Assembly (NCBI GenBank): GCA_036257195.1 | Contig: DATAFX010000093.1 | Coordinates: 2,308 to 66,307 of the forward strand | Length of the DNA stretch: 64,000 nt | Direction of reading: 5' to 3' | Origin: Candidatus Methylomirabilota bacterium | GTDB taxonomy: Bacteria > Methylomirabilota > Methylomirabilia > Rokubacteriales > DASRDR01 | Shown here: positions 47,474 to 56,946 of the stretch, piece by piece | Layout of the letters: every line of letters begins with the position of its first letter | How positions within the stretch are numbered: the first letter of the stretch is position 1 | Made by a program: the position numbers and the translations under genes | Notes under the pieces: model-generated | Told to the model about the DNA's origin: nothing | Databases searched by the model: none | The model's input: only the letters and a program-made list of their open reading frames with translations

Positions 47474-47867
47474 GGATCCAGTGCTGGACGCCGCGCTCCG
47501 CCGGGCCAAGTATCTCTATGTCACGACCTACGGCGCCTCGGGGAAGTCCGGCACGGTGCCCGTGTGGTGCTGGTACGACGGCCGGGACCTCTACTTCACG
47601 ACCGACCGCGAGAGCCTGAAGGCCCGGCGCATCCGGCAGACCGGGCGGGTGACCGTGCGGGTCGCCGCGCGCGACGGTTCCACCTTCGAGGGCCGCGCCG
47701 AGCTGGTCGAGGGGCGCCCTGACCTCGAGGCGGCGCTCCTCCGCGCCTACCGCCGGAAGTACTGGGTCCTGGTCCCGCTGTACATGGGCCGATGGATCCG
47801 CCGTCGGCTCGCCAGCGGCCGGAGCACCCTCGTCCGCGTCAGCGCCCGTCCCGCGGCGGCGGTCTGA
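47472..47867 (+). CDS. Small split-barrel PNPOx-like / F420-binding family protein
   Basis: 131 aa: YVTTYGASGKSGTVPVWCWYDGRDLYFTTDRESLKARRIRQTGRVTV... fits pyridoxamine-5'-phosphate-oxidase-like FMN/F420 barrels. Its ATG overlaps the divergent gene's start. Confidence 0.6.
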   Translation: MDPVLDAALRRAKYLYVTTYGASGKSGTVPVWCWYDGRDLYFTTDRESLKARRIRQTGRVTVRVAARDGSTFEGRAELVEGRPDLEAALLRAYRRKYWVLVPLYMGRWIRRRLASGRSTLVRVSARPAAAV

Positions 47868-47958
47868 GCCAAGCGCGCTCCCGCGCCGAAACACTGCGGA
47901 CGCCGGGGGCTCCGTGGGGGCCGTTGACAGGTCGGCGGTCCGCTTCCTACGGTATTGT

Positions 47959-49758
47959 ATGAGCGGCGCCCGATTCGAGGAGCTGTCACGGGCCCACGAG
48001 CGCACCAAGGCCGATCTTGCGCGGGCCACGCGGGAGCTCCGCGAGCTCATCGGGATCGGCGTGCGGCTAGCGGCGGAGCGGGACACGGACGCGCTCCTCG
48101 ACCTGATCCTCACGACGGCCCGCGAGATCACCTGGAGCGACGCGGGCGCGCTCTATCTGGTGGATACGGATGGGAGCGGCACGCGCTGCCTCCGGTCGGC
48201 GCTCGTCCAGAACGACAGCCTGCCCGTGACCATGAAGGAGCACGTTGTCCCGATCGGCCCCCAGAGCGTGCCCGGCTACGCGGCGCTGAGCGGCGAGGTC
48301 GTCAACTTGCCCGACGCCGCCGCCCCGCCCCCGGGGTCGCCGTTCACGAGCGACCGCGTCCTCGACCAGGAGACCGGATATCGCTCGAAGTCCATGCTGG
48401 TCGTGCCGATGAAGACCCCGAAGGGCGAGGTCCTGGGAGTGCTGCAGCTCATGAACCGGAGGCCTGACCGGTCGCGGCGCTCCGGGTCACTCGAGGAAAC
48501 CTCGCGCGACGCGGTCTCCTTTTCCGCGCGCTCCCAGGACCTGGCGATGGCCCTGGCCGCCCAGGGCGCGGTGGCCCTCGAGAACAACCGGCTCTACGCT
48601 GAGCTCCGCGCGGCGCTGGCCACGGTGGAGGAGTCGCAGCAGCGGATCATCCGGAGCGAGCGTCTCCGAGCGCTGGGCGAGATGGCCGGGGGCGTCGCTC
48701 ACGACTTCAACAACGTGCTCGCCGTGGTCATCGGGCGGGCTCAGCTCCTGCAGCGCCAGATCGACGCGCCCGAGCTGCGGCGGCAGCTTCAGATCATCGA
48801 GCACGTTGCCCAGGACGGCGCCCAGACGGTTCGCCGCATCCAGGAGTTCGCACGGATGCGCCGGACCCGACCCTGGCAGCAGGTCGACGTGACTGAGGTC
48901 GTCCGCGAGGTGGTCGAGGCCGCCCGGCCGCGCTGGAGCGACCAGGCTCAGGCGCGCGCCGTGACGTATGCGATGCGGCTCGACCTCGCCCCAGTGCCTC
49001 CAGTGATCGGTGACCCGGCGGAGCTGCGGGAGACCTTCCTCAATCTGCTCTTCAACGCGCTCGACGCGATGCCGCAGGGCGGCTCCGTGACCTTCTCGAC
49101 GCGGGTTGAGGATGGCCGCATCGCCAGCGTGATCGCGGACACGGGCGTCGGCATGAGCGAGGAAGTGCGGCAGCGCTGCTTCGAGCCCTTCTTCACGACC
49201 AAGGCGGAGCATGGAACCGGTCTCGGCCTGTCGATCGCCTACGGGATCGTGACGCGGCACGGGGGCGAGATCGAGGCCTGGAGCCGACCCGGTGCGGGGA
49301 GCCGATTCACCGTGCGCCTGCCGATCGGCGCGGAGATACCCTCGGCTCCGCCCGAGGCGCCGGCGCCGCGCGTGGGCCGGAGCGCGCGGATCCTCGTAGT
49401 GGAGGACGAGGCCGCGGTCCGGGAGGTGCTGGTCGACGTCCTCCAGGCCCAGGGACACGAGGTCGTGGCCTGCGCGGACGGCCCGTCGGCCCTGGCCCAC
49501 GTCGATGGACCGGCGTTCGACCTCGCCCTCGTCGACCTGTCGATGCCGGGGCTCTCCGGCTGGGAGGTCGCCAAGGGCCTCCGCTCGGCGCATCCGACGG
49601 TCCCGATCGCACTGGTCACGGGGTGGGGGGACCAGATCGACTCCGGGGAAGCGCGGACGCGCGGGATCGACTACCTGATGGCCAAGCCCTTCGACGTCGA
49701 TGACATGACGAGGCTCGTGGCCCGCATCCTCGCCCACGAGCCGAACGACGACCGATGA
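47959..49758 (+). CDS. Hybrid sensor histidine kinase (GAF-HisKA-HATPase-REC)
   Basis: GAF domain, H-box VAHDFNNVL, N/G boxes (LLFNALDAM, GTGLGLSI) and a C-terminal receiver (ILVVEDE...DLSMPGLSG). Confidence 0.85.
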   Translation: MSGARFEELSRAHERTKADLARATRELRELIGIGVRLAAERDTDALLDLILTTAREITWSDAGALYLVDTDGSGTRCLRSALVQNDSLPVTMKEHVVPIGPQSVPGYAALSGEVVNLPDAAAPPPGSPFTSDRVLDQETGYRSKSMLVVPMKTPKGEVLGVLQLMNRRPDRSRRSGSLEETSRDAVSFSARSQDLAMALAAQGAVALENNRLYAELRAALATVEESQQRIIRSERLRALGEMAGGVAHDFNNVLAVVIGRAQLLQRQIDAPELRRQLQIIEHVAQDGAQTVRRIQEFARMRRTRPWQQVDVTEVVREVVEAARPRWSDQAQARAVTYAMRLDLAPVPPVIGDPAELRETFLNLLFNALDAMPQGGSVTFSTRVEDGRIASVIADTGVGMSEEVRQRCFEPFFTTKAEHGTGLGLSIAYGIVTRHGGEIEAWSRPGAGSRFTVRLPIGAEIPSAPPEAPAPRVGRSARILVVEDEAAVREVLVDVLQAQGHEVVACADGPSALAHVDGPAFDLALVDLSMPGLSGWEVAKGLRSAHPTVPIALVTGWGDQIDSGEARTRGIDYLMAKPFDVDDMTRLVARILAHEPNDDR

Positions 49759-50156
49759 CCGGCGAGAGGAGCAAGGCTATGGGGTGGGCGAGTGTATCGA
49801 CGGCATTGGCGATCCTGGTACTGAGCTCGGGGTGGATGGAGACGGCCTGGGCTCAGGGAACGGCGTGGATCCACGTCTCCGTGGAGACCCGGGGCGCCGT
49901 GGGAGAACAAGTCAGCACGTTCCGCGCCTTCACCACGTCCGACCAGCCGGGCACGCAGCGGATCGTCGTCGACCGCCTGTGCGTCAAGGGCATCGCCCAC
50001 CGTGTCGAGGAGCGCTGTGTGGCGAACGTGGACTCGGTCGAACTGGTCGAGCGCACCACCGGGCTGCCCGGCATGGGAAGCCTCTGCGTCGAGGCAGTCG
50101 CGTCGGCGGAGTCGAAGGTGGGGCCCCTGTCCGCCACCGCCCGCGCGTGCCCCTGA
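49755..50156 (+). CDS. Hypothetical small secreted Cys-containing protein
   Basis: ATGA-coupled to the kinase, with signal-like ALAILVLSSGWMETAWAQG and four Cys. Weak. Confidence 0.4.
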   Translation: MTGERSKAMGWASVSTALAILVLSSGWMETAWAQGTAWIHVSVETRGAVGEQVSTFRAFTTSDQPGTQRIVVDRLCVKGIAHRVEERCVANVDSVELVERTTGLPGMGSLCVEAVASAESKVGPLSATARACP

Positions 50157-50189
50157 CCACCCTCGCCACGGGGGGCGCGCGCCCGGCCG

Positions 50190-51068
50190 CTACTGGAGGC
50201 GGTAGAGGCGGACCGCGTTCCCGTGGGCGATCCGCTCTGCGGTCGCCGGCGGGAGCTCCCCGAGGATCCTGCGGGTCCAGCCCATCAGCCGGTCCAGCAT
50301 CGCCGGCGCGAAGAGCGCCGGCGCCCAGAGGTCGATCCCCGCGAGGAGCCGGTCCGCGCGCTCGGTGAGGAGGTCCCGCCAGCCGGCTGCGAGCGGGCCC
50401 GCTTCCGAGGCGAGCGCCGGGGATCGCAGGAAGTGCATGCCGGAAAGGTCGACGTGGAGGTTCTCGTGCCGGGCGAGGAGTCCGGCGAGCACCGCCGGCT
50501 CCGCGCTGCCGCCGTGGGCCACGACGATCGTCGCCTTGCGGTTCTGATCCAGCGCCCGCTCCAGCTCGGGAACCAGCCCGTCCGTGAGCTCGTCGTGGAT
50601 GACGAAGGGCGCCCCGTGCCCGGCGCAGACGTCGAGGAGCGCCCGGAAGGGTGGCGTGTCGATCGCCCGCCGGATCTTGCGTGACGCCTGGTGGACGTGG
50701 ACCTCGCCCGCCCCCCGGTATTTCCCGCTGCCGAGGTCCCGCTCGAGTCGACGCGCCGCGTCCGGCGCGAGCGGGTCGGACACCGGCGCCACCGGGATCA
50801 CCCGGTTCGGGTGGCGCTCCGCAGCCCGCGCGATCCAGGCGGGATCATCCTTCTGGACCCCTCCCACGCCGAGGAGCGCGACCCTCAGGATCCGGTGACG
50901 GTCCATCGCCTGGACCAGCGGCTCGATCGCCTCCGGACCGTTGAGGTGGGAGTGGGCGTCGATCAGCGGCCCTGCGTAGGGTGTCGCGCTCCACGCCGCG
51001 CGCGCCGGGAAGACTCCGAGCGCGAGCGCCTTGAGAACGGCCCGGCGGCTCGGCCTGCAGCAGGACAC
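50190..51068 (-). CDS. Amidohydrolase-2 family metal-dependent hydrolase with Tat signal
   Basis: SRRAVLKALALG twin-arginine motif and HSH metal ligands (LIDAHSHLNG) in a TIM-barrel amidohydrolase. Confidence 0.8.
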   Translation of the reverse strand: MSCCRPSRRAVLKALALGVFPARAAWSATPYAGPLIDAHSHLNGPEAIEPLVQAMDRHRILRVALLGVGGVQKDDPAWIARAAERHPNRVIPVAPVSDPLAPDAARRLERDLGSGKYRGAGEVHVHQASRKIRRAIDTPPFRALLDVCAGHGAPFVIHDELTDGLVPELERALDQNRKATIVVAHGGSAEPAVLAGLLARHENLHVDLSGMHFLRSPALASEAGPLAAGWRDLLTERADRLLAGIDLWAPALFAPAMLDRLMGWTRRILGELPPATAERIAHGNAVRLYRLQ

Positions 51069-51165
51069 CTCGCGAGCCTACGGGACGCCCGGTGGACGTG
51101 TCAAACGGAGCGTCTCGAGCGCGCCGCCCGCGAGCCCGCGGCTATACTGGACCCAGGGATCCTTC

Positions 51166-52335
51166 ATGGACTTCACCCTCACCCCCGCCCAGGCCGAGAT
51201 CCGCCGGCAGGTCGCCCTGCTGTCCCGGGGCTTCGGTTGGGAGTACTGGCGGGAGAAGGACCGAAAGGCGGAGTACCCGATTGAGTTCGTGCGCGCTTTC
51301 GCGGACGCCGGCTGGCTCGGGCTCGTCATCCCCGAGGCGTACGGAGGCGCGGGCCTCGGCGTGACCGAGGCCGTGCTGATGCTCGAGGCGATCTCGGCCT
51401 CTGGTGCCGGCCTGTCGGGCGCGTCCCCGATCCATTTTGCCGTCTTTCCGCCCATGCCGATCATGCGTCACGGCAGCGAACGCCTGCGACGGCGCGTTCT
51501 GCCGGAGATCGCGGCCGGACGGCTCAGCCTGGCCTTCGGTGTCACCGAGCCGAACGCGGGGACGGACACGAGCCGCATCCAAACCATCGCCCGTCGTGAC
51601 GGGTCCGGATGGATCGTGAGCGGCCGGAAGGTCTGGACCTCGAACGCGCGGCACTCACAGAAGATGCTGCTCCTCGCGAGGACGACGCCCTACGAGGCGG
51701 CCGGCCCGCGGAAGCTCGACGGGCTCACGCTCTTCGTTGCGGACCTGGATCCCACGGCCGTGGAGCTCCGGGAGATCGAGAAGCTCGGCCGGGCGGCCGT
51801 GGACTCCAACGAGGTCATCATCGACGGGCTCCGGGTAGCGGACGAGGACGTGGTGGGCGAGGTGGGGCGGGGGTTCTATCACCTGCTCGACTCGCTCAAC
51901 CCCGAGCGTGTCCTCGTGGCCGGCGAGGCGGTCGGGATCGGGCGGGTGGCGCTCGAGCGGGCCGCTGCGTACGCGCGCGAGCGCGTCGTGTTCGGGCGGC
52001 CCATCGGACAGAACCAGGCCGTCGCGCACCCGCTGGCGCTCTCGTGGGCTCGGCTGGAGGCTGCCTGGCAGCTGACCCTCCGCGCCGCGTGGCTCTTTGA
52101 CCGGGGCGAGGCGTGCGGCGCCGAGGCTAACGCCGCCAAAGTTCTCGCCGCGGAGGCCGGCTTCGACGCGGCGGACGCCGCTCTCCAGACGCTCGGCGGC
52201 TTCGGCTATGCGAAGGAGTTCGACGTGGAGCGCCTCTGGCGGGAGGTGCGGCTCTACAAGATCGCGCCGGTTTCCCAGCAGATGGCGCTCAACTACCTGG
52301 CCGAACGCGTCCTCGGCCTCCCCAAGTCCTACTGA
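51166..52335 (+). CDS. Acyl-CoA dehydrogenase
   Basis: 389 aa from MDFTLTPAQAEIRRQV, with GVTEPNAGTD, GRKVWTSNA and QTLGGFGY. A TATACT box lies 20 nt upstream. Confidence 0.9.
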   Translation: MDFTLTPAQAEIRRQVALLSRGFGWEYWREKDRKAEYPIEFVRAFADAGWLGLVIPEAYGGAGLGVTEAVLMLEAISASGAGLSGASPIHFAVFPPMPIMRHGSERLRRRVLPEIAAGRLSLAFGVTEPNAGTDTSRIQTIARRDGSGWIVSGRKVWTSNARHSQKMLLLARTTPYEAAGPRKLDGLTLFVADLDPTAVELREIEKLGRAAVDSNEVIIDGLRVADEDVVGEVGRGFYHLLDSLNPERVLVAGEAVGIGRVALERAAAYARERVVFGRPIGQNQAVAHPLALSWARLEAAWQLTLRAAWLFDRGEACGAEANAAKVLAAEAGFDAADAALQTLGGFGYAKEFDVERLWREVRLYKIAPVSQQMALNYLAERVLGLPKSY

Positions 52336-52425
52336 CCAGTGAGCACGCCCGGCCGGGACTCTCGCGACGCTCCGGCTGGCGCCGGGCCGACTGATGACAG
52401 AGGCGGCCCCGGCCGTCTAACTGCC

Positions 52426-55014
52426 ATGGGCTCGTTCGGGCGCTGGATCCGCCAACGGCGCGTCCTGGCGGCCTTCGCGGCGGGCGCCCTCCTGACGCTC
52501 GGGGCGGTCGCCATCGTCGGCTACCTGATCCTGGCCGACCAGCGGCGCTCGGCCCGCGTCCTCGCCGCGGCCCTCACCCAGGCGCTCGAGCGCGAGGTCC
52601 GGATCGAGCGCGTCACGGATCTCGGCCCCTCCCGGGTCGTCCTTCGAGGCCTCCGGCTTCCCGCGGAGCGGGGCTGGCCGGCGGACGTCAAGGCTGAGTC
52701 GGTGGAGGTTACCGGCCCGCTCCTGGCGGCGGCGCGCGGCGAGGCCGCACCGGTCCGGATCCTAGTGACGCGACCGACGGTCGGCGTCGGAGGAGGGGGC
52801 ACGACGGGCGCCGCGGCGCTCGAAGGGCTCCGGCAGGGTCTGGCGAGTCTGGTCGGAAACGCCGCGCTCCTCGACGTCGCGATCGAGGGAGGGGTGCTGG
52901 AGGTTCCGGGAGCCGCCGCCGAGACGGCGACTTTCGACGCCACACTCCACAAGGGGAGCGGTGAGGCGCGTGGAGAAGTGGTGTTCCGGAACCGGGCGCC
53001 ATCCCGGTTCACGCTGGGACTCCACGCGCGGGCGGAGGGCGACACGATTCATCTGAACCTGGCCGGCGAGGGTCGACTCGAGCCCCTGTCGCCCTGGCTG
53101 CCGGCCGCACTGACGCGGGCGGCGGGGACGACGCCGGTAGGCGCGCGCGCTCAGCTCGCGCTCTCGCCGGGCGACCGCGCCGGAGGCCACGCGAGCGCGC
53201 GGCTCGGTGACCTCGCTGCGGTCGAGGGGACGCTCTCCGTTCAGGACAAGCGAGTCCGCTTCACGGGGCTTCGCGGCACCGCCGACCTCGGGTTCGCCGG
53301 AACGACCGCGGGGCTGGCGGGTCCCGTGAAGGGCCGCGTGGAGCTCGCCGAGGGCGAGGTCACCTGGGTGCCGGAGCGTGGTGGGCCGCCGGAGGCGCGG
53401 GTCACGCTGCACCTGCTGGACGCGGCGCTGCCGGCCTCCGCTACCGGCGTCAACGTACTCGCCCGCGCGGTGGAGGCCCGGCTCACGCTCGAGCCCCGTC
53501 CAGGGGGCGCCAGCGCGCGGGGCGAGCTTCGCGGCGAGCGCGTCGAGGTGGCCGGACTCGAGCTGGCGCCGCTGGCGACTCCGCTGCGGGTTGATCTCGA
53601 CGCCGGCGGCGGCGTCTCGCGGGTCGAGTTGACCGGCCTGACCGCAGAGGTCCACGGGTTGCCGCTCCGGGGCACGGTGGCCTACGACGTGGCGCGGGGA
53701 CGGGCAGACGCCCGGGTCGAGTCGAGCGCGGCGCGTCTCGACACGCTCGCCCGCCGTCTCGGGGTGGACATGCTCGGCCCGTCGGACCAGCTCCGCGCCT
53801 CGAGCGTCCGGGTGGTCGTGACGGCGCTCGACCCGAGAGGCTGGAGCGACGGGAAGGTCGAGACGGAGATCCGCGGCCTGGTCCTCCGGCAGCCCGAGGG
53901 CGAGGCTGCCGTCGAGCGCGCGAGCCTCACCGCGGACGTCCGGTCCGGGGGCGCGGCCATCGCCCTCGCGGCCGAGCGGGTGCGGGGCGCCTTGCCCCGG
54001 TTCGAGGGACTGGTGCCACGGGTCGTCGGCTCCGCCGACGTCGATCGTCCCGACGGGAGCGCGCGCCTCGCCCGCGCCACGGTGACGGCACGTGACGGGG
54101 AGGGCCGCGAGATGCTCCAGGCGGACATCGCACGTCAAGGGGCCGGCGGCGCGGCGCCCGTACGATTGACGGCGCGGATGCCCGCCCTCGAGCGTCTCGC
54201 GTCGCTCTGGCCGTCCGTCCCCCGGCAAGCGTACGGGTCCGCGACGGTCGAGCTCCAGGCGCCGGACTTGGGGTTCGGCGCGTACGACGGCCGGCTCGGC
54301 CTCAAGGTCGCCACCACGGAGCTCCTCGGCGGCCGCTTGAGCCTCCGGGACGTGACGGCCGACGTGCCGCTCTACCGTGGCAAGAGCGCCGCGACGGCCG
54401 CTCCCATGTCCGGTGGATCGCTCGCCGTGGGAGAGCTGATCGGATACGGGGTCGTCCTGTACGACCTTACGGGGAAGGGTCGGATGATAGACGAGCGGCT
54501 CGCGCTCGACGATCTCCGCTACGCGCTGTACTCGGGCCAGGGCCAGGGGACGCTCGAACTTGAGCTCGCCGCCGCCGGGCCGACGGCACGTGGGCGGCTC
54601 ACGGGAGAAAACGTGCGCATCGAGGAGTTCATCGCCGCCTACGGGATCCGTGGCGGCACGATGACGGGTCTTCTGCGGTACGATCTAACCATGCGCTACG
54701 GTGGCGGCCGTTTGGGAGCGGATGGTCGGTTCCTGGTGCCGGAGGGAGGAACGGTCACGATCGAGCTGCTGGACCGTTTCCTCTCGTACGCGTCCGCCGA
54801 TCCGAGCGGCGTGGTGAAGCGCGCCCTCGGGAACCTCCGAGCCTTCGATTTCAAGGCGGCCGAGGCGACGGTCCGCACGGCCAGCGACGACCTCCGGGTG
54901 AGTCTGAGCCTCCAGGGCCGGGAGCGCCTCGGCATCTTCCCGCCGCGAGTGAAGGAGATCAATGTGCGCGACATGCCCATCGGGTTCCTGGCGCGGCAGT
55001 TTCCGGGCCTGTGA
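52426..55014 (+). CDS. ydbH: YdbH-like AsmA-family large periplasm-spanning protein
   Basis: About 862 aa with an N-terminal TM anchor (LAAFAAGALLTLGAVAIVGYLIL) and a long Gly/Ala/Arg-rich beta-rich body with a YdbH-type C-terminus. The start is taken at MGSFGRW. Confidence 0.7.
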   Translation: MGSFGRWIRQRRVLAAFAAGALLTLGAVAIVGYLILADQRRSARVLAAALTQALEREVRIERVTDLGPSRVVLRGLRLPAERGWPADVKAESVEVTGPLLAAARGEAAPVRILVTRPTVGVGGGGTTGAAALEGLRQGLASLVGNAALLDVAIEGGVLEVPGAAAETATFDATLHKGSGEARGEVVFRNRAPSRFTLGLHARAEGDTIHLNLAGEGRLEPLSPWLPAALTRAAGTTPVGARAQLALSPGDRAGGHASARLGDLAAVEGTLSVQDKRVRFTGLRGTADLGFAGTTAGLAGPVKGRVELAEGEVTWVPERGGPPEARVTLHLLDAALPASATGVNVLARAVEARLTLEPRPGGASARGELRGERVEVAGLELAPLATPLRVDLDAGGGVSRVELTGLTAEVHGLPLRGTVAYDVARGRADARVESSAARLDTLARRLGVDMLGPSDQLRASSVRVVVTALDPRGWSDGKVETEIRGLVLRQPEGEAAVERASLTADVRSGGAAIALAAERVRGALPRFEGLVPRVVGSADVDRPDGSARLARATVTARDGEGREMLQADIARQGAGGAAPVRLTARMPALERLASLWPSVPRQAYGSATVELQAPDLGFGAYDGRLGLKVATTELLGGRLSLRDVTADVPLYRGKSAATAAPMSGGSLAVGELIGYGVVLYDLTGKGRMIDERLALDDLRYALYSGQGQGTLELELAAAGPTARGRLTGENVRIEEFIAAYGIRGGTMTGLLRYDLTMRYGGGRLGADGRFLVPEGGTVTIELLDRFLSYASADPSGVVKRALGNLRAFDFKAAEATVRTASDDLRVSLSLQGRERLGIFPPRVKEINVRDMPIGFLARQFPGL

Positions 55015-55574
55015 TGATGACGAAGCGAAGGCTCGCCGCCCACGCTCTGGCCCTCGCGACGCTCGCGCCTGCCGTCGCCGCCTGCGTGCCAGTGACCGTC
55101 AACATCACCTTTCCCCAGGAGCAGCTCGACGCCGCGGCGCGGAAGATCGAGGACATGCCAGCCCCGGCCGCGGCCACCCCCCCGCCGCCGGCTCCGCCCC
55201 CCGGCGGGGGCCGGACGGTTGACGTGACGCCCAGGGTCGACACCCGGTCGCCCGAGGTCGTCAAGGCGAACGCGTCCCGCCGCGAGCGCCGCCCCGCGCT
55301 CCGCGAGTGGAAGAATCGGGGCTGCGTCGGCGAGACGAACCAGGGGACGCTGGTGGCCCGGCCCGGCGACGGATGCGGTCCGGAAGTCGCGGCGCTGATC
55401 CGCGACGAGAACGCCGACCGCCGGATCATCTACGACGTGTTCATGAAGGAGAACAACATTCCGGCAGCCGACCGGCCGCGTGTGAACAGCGCCTTCGCGA
55501 AGGCCCGCCAGGAGCGCTCGCGCCCCAATGACTGGATTCAGCTGGAAGACGGCCAATGGGCCAGGAAGTCGTGA
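55014..55574 (+). CDS. Fusion lipoprotein: YnbE-like N-domain plus YdbL-like (DUF1318) C-domain, copy 1
   Basis: Lipobox PAVAAC, then VPVTVNITFPQEQLDAAARKIEDM (YnbE-like), a Pro-rich linker, and ...GCVGETNQGTLVARP...IIYDVFMKENNIPAADRPRVNSAFAKARQ...WIQLEDGQWARKS (YdbL-like). Confidence 0.7.
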   Translation: MMTKRRLAAHALALATLAPAVAACVPVTVNITFPQEQLDAAARKIEDMPAPAAATPPPPAPPPGGGRTVDVTPRVDTRSPEVVKANASRRERRPALREWKNRGCVGETNQGTLVARPGDGCGPEVAALIRDENADRRIIYDVFMKENNIPAADRPRVNSAFAKARQERSRPNDWIQLEDGQWARKS

Positions 55575-55603
55575 CCAGGCGGGTGCCAAAGGGGGAGCGC
55601 ACG

Positions 55604-56236
55604 ATGGGCACGATGGGGCGGATCCGCTTCGGCTGCCACGTTGGGATTCTCGTGCTGACGGCGGTCCTCGCCGCCTGCGTCCCGGTGACGGTGAACATCA
55701 CGTTCCCCCAGGAGAAGCTCGACGACGCGGCGAACCAGATCGTGGACATGAGCCGGCGGCCGGAGGGCGTGCCGCCGCCTGGGTCATCGTCGCCCGGTGG
55801 CGCCCCGCCCAAGCCGGGCTCGAGCCTCGACCGGTGGCCGGTGCGCCTGGGGCCCCGCGAAGCCTTCGCCGAGGAACGCCGGATCGAGGTGGCGCAGGCG
55901 CCGAAGACGGACAGCGTGGAGCTCCGCCGGCTGACCGAGTCGCAGAACCAGCGCCTGGGCGCGCTCCAGCAGTGGATGGCCCGCGGATGCATCGGGGAGA
56001 GCAACCAGGGGTTGGTGGAGCCGCGTCCCGGGCAGGGCTGCTCCGGCGAGGTCGCGAGGCTGATCGGGGACGAGAACCGGGATCGTCAGGCGATCATCGA
56101 GACCTTCATCCGCCAGAACAACATGGCGGCCTCGGAGGCGGGGCGCGTCAAGGCGTCGTTCGCCAAGGCCTACCGTGAACGAGCTCAGGGCGGGCAGTGG
56201 ATCCAGACCGATCAGGGGGAGTGGGTGAAGAAGTAG
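55604..56236 (+). CDS. YnbE-YdbL fusion lipoprotein, copy 2 (tandem paralog)
   Basis: LAAC lipobox, VPVTVNITFPQEKLDDAANQIVDM and ...GCIGESNQGLVEPRP...WIQTDQGEWVKK. AAGGGGGAG ribosome-binding site. Confidence 0.7.
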   Translation: MGTMGRIRFGCHVGILVLTAVLAACVPVTVNITFPQEKLDDAANQIVDMSRRPEGVPPPGSSSPGGAPPKPGSSLDRWPVRLGPREAFAEERRIEVAQAPKTDSVELRRLTESQNQRLGALQQWMARGCIGESNQGLVEPRPGQGCSGEVARLIGDENRDRQAIIETFIRQNNMAASEAGRVKASFAKAYRERAQGGQWIQTDQGEWVKK

Positions 56237-56946
56237 CCTTGCCGCTGCGTGCCGTCTTCCTGGACGCGGGCAACACGCTGGTCGGTCTGGACTACGACAC
56301 GATCGCGCGCCGGATCGGGGACGAGGGGCACCGGGTCGAGGCGCCCGCGGTGCGGTCCGCGGAGGCGCGCGCCCGCGTCCGGCTGGATCCCCACCTCGCC
56401 GCCCGCCAGTCGACGGAGACCGCGGACGTCTTCACCCGCTACGTGCGATACGTGCTCGAGGAGCTCGGGCTCGGATGGGGCGAAGGGAGCGAACGCCTCG
56501 TGCAGGACCTGCGCGCCGTCAACCCGCCCTTCGGGCTGTGGTCGGTGTGCCTGCCCGAGGCGCCGGGGGCGCTCGCGGCGCTCCGCCGGCTCGGGCTCCG
56601 GCTGGCCGTCGTCTCGAACTCGAACGGCACGGTGGCCCGCCTCCTCGAAGCGCTCGGTCTCGCGCGTTGGCTGGACGCCGTCGTCGACTCGGGCGTGGTC
56701 GGATTCGAAAAGCCCGATCCCCGGATATTCCGCCACGCGGCGTCGATTCTCGGCGTGGAGCCCCAGGAGGCGGTCCACGTGGGCGATCTCTACTCCGTCG
56801 ACGTCATCGGCGCGCGCGCGGCCGGGGCCCGCGCCATCCTCCTCGACCCCTGCGGCGCCTGGGTGGTGGACGACTGCCCGAAGGCTCGCGACATCGACGA
56901 TGCCGCGCGCCTGATCGCGCGATGGCGTGAGGGCGCCGGAGGCTAG
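56221..56946 (+). CDS. HAD-superfamily hydrolase
   Basis: Motif I AVFLDAGNTLV, motif II VVSNSNG and motif III/IV (GFEKPDPRIF...HVGDLYSVDVIGARAAG). GTG or TTG start. Confidence 0.75.
   Translation: MGEEVALPLRAVFLDAGNTLVGLDYDTIARRIGDEGHRVEAPAVRSAEARARVRLDPHLAARQSTETADVFTRYVRYVLEELGLGWGEGSERLVQDLRAVNPPFGLWSVCLPEAPGALAALRRLGLRLAVVSNSNGTVARLLEALGLARWLDAVVDSGVVGFEKPDPRIFRHAASILGVEPQEAVHVGDLYSVDVIGARAAGARAILLDPCGAWVVDDCPKARDIDDAARLIARWREGAGG

Noticed and set aside
52762-54228. 488-aa minus-strand ORF inside the ydbH-like region
   Set aside because: Shadow ORF. The + strand product has the expected AsmA/YdbH-like architecture with an N-terminal TM.
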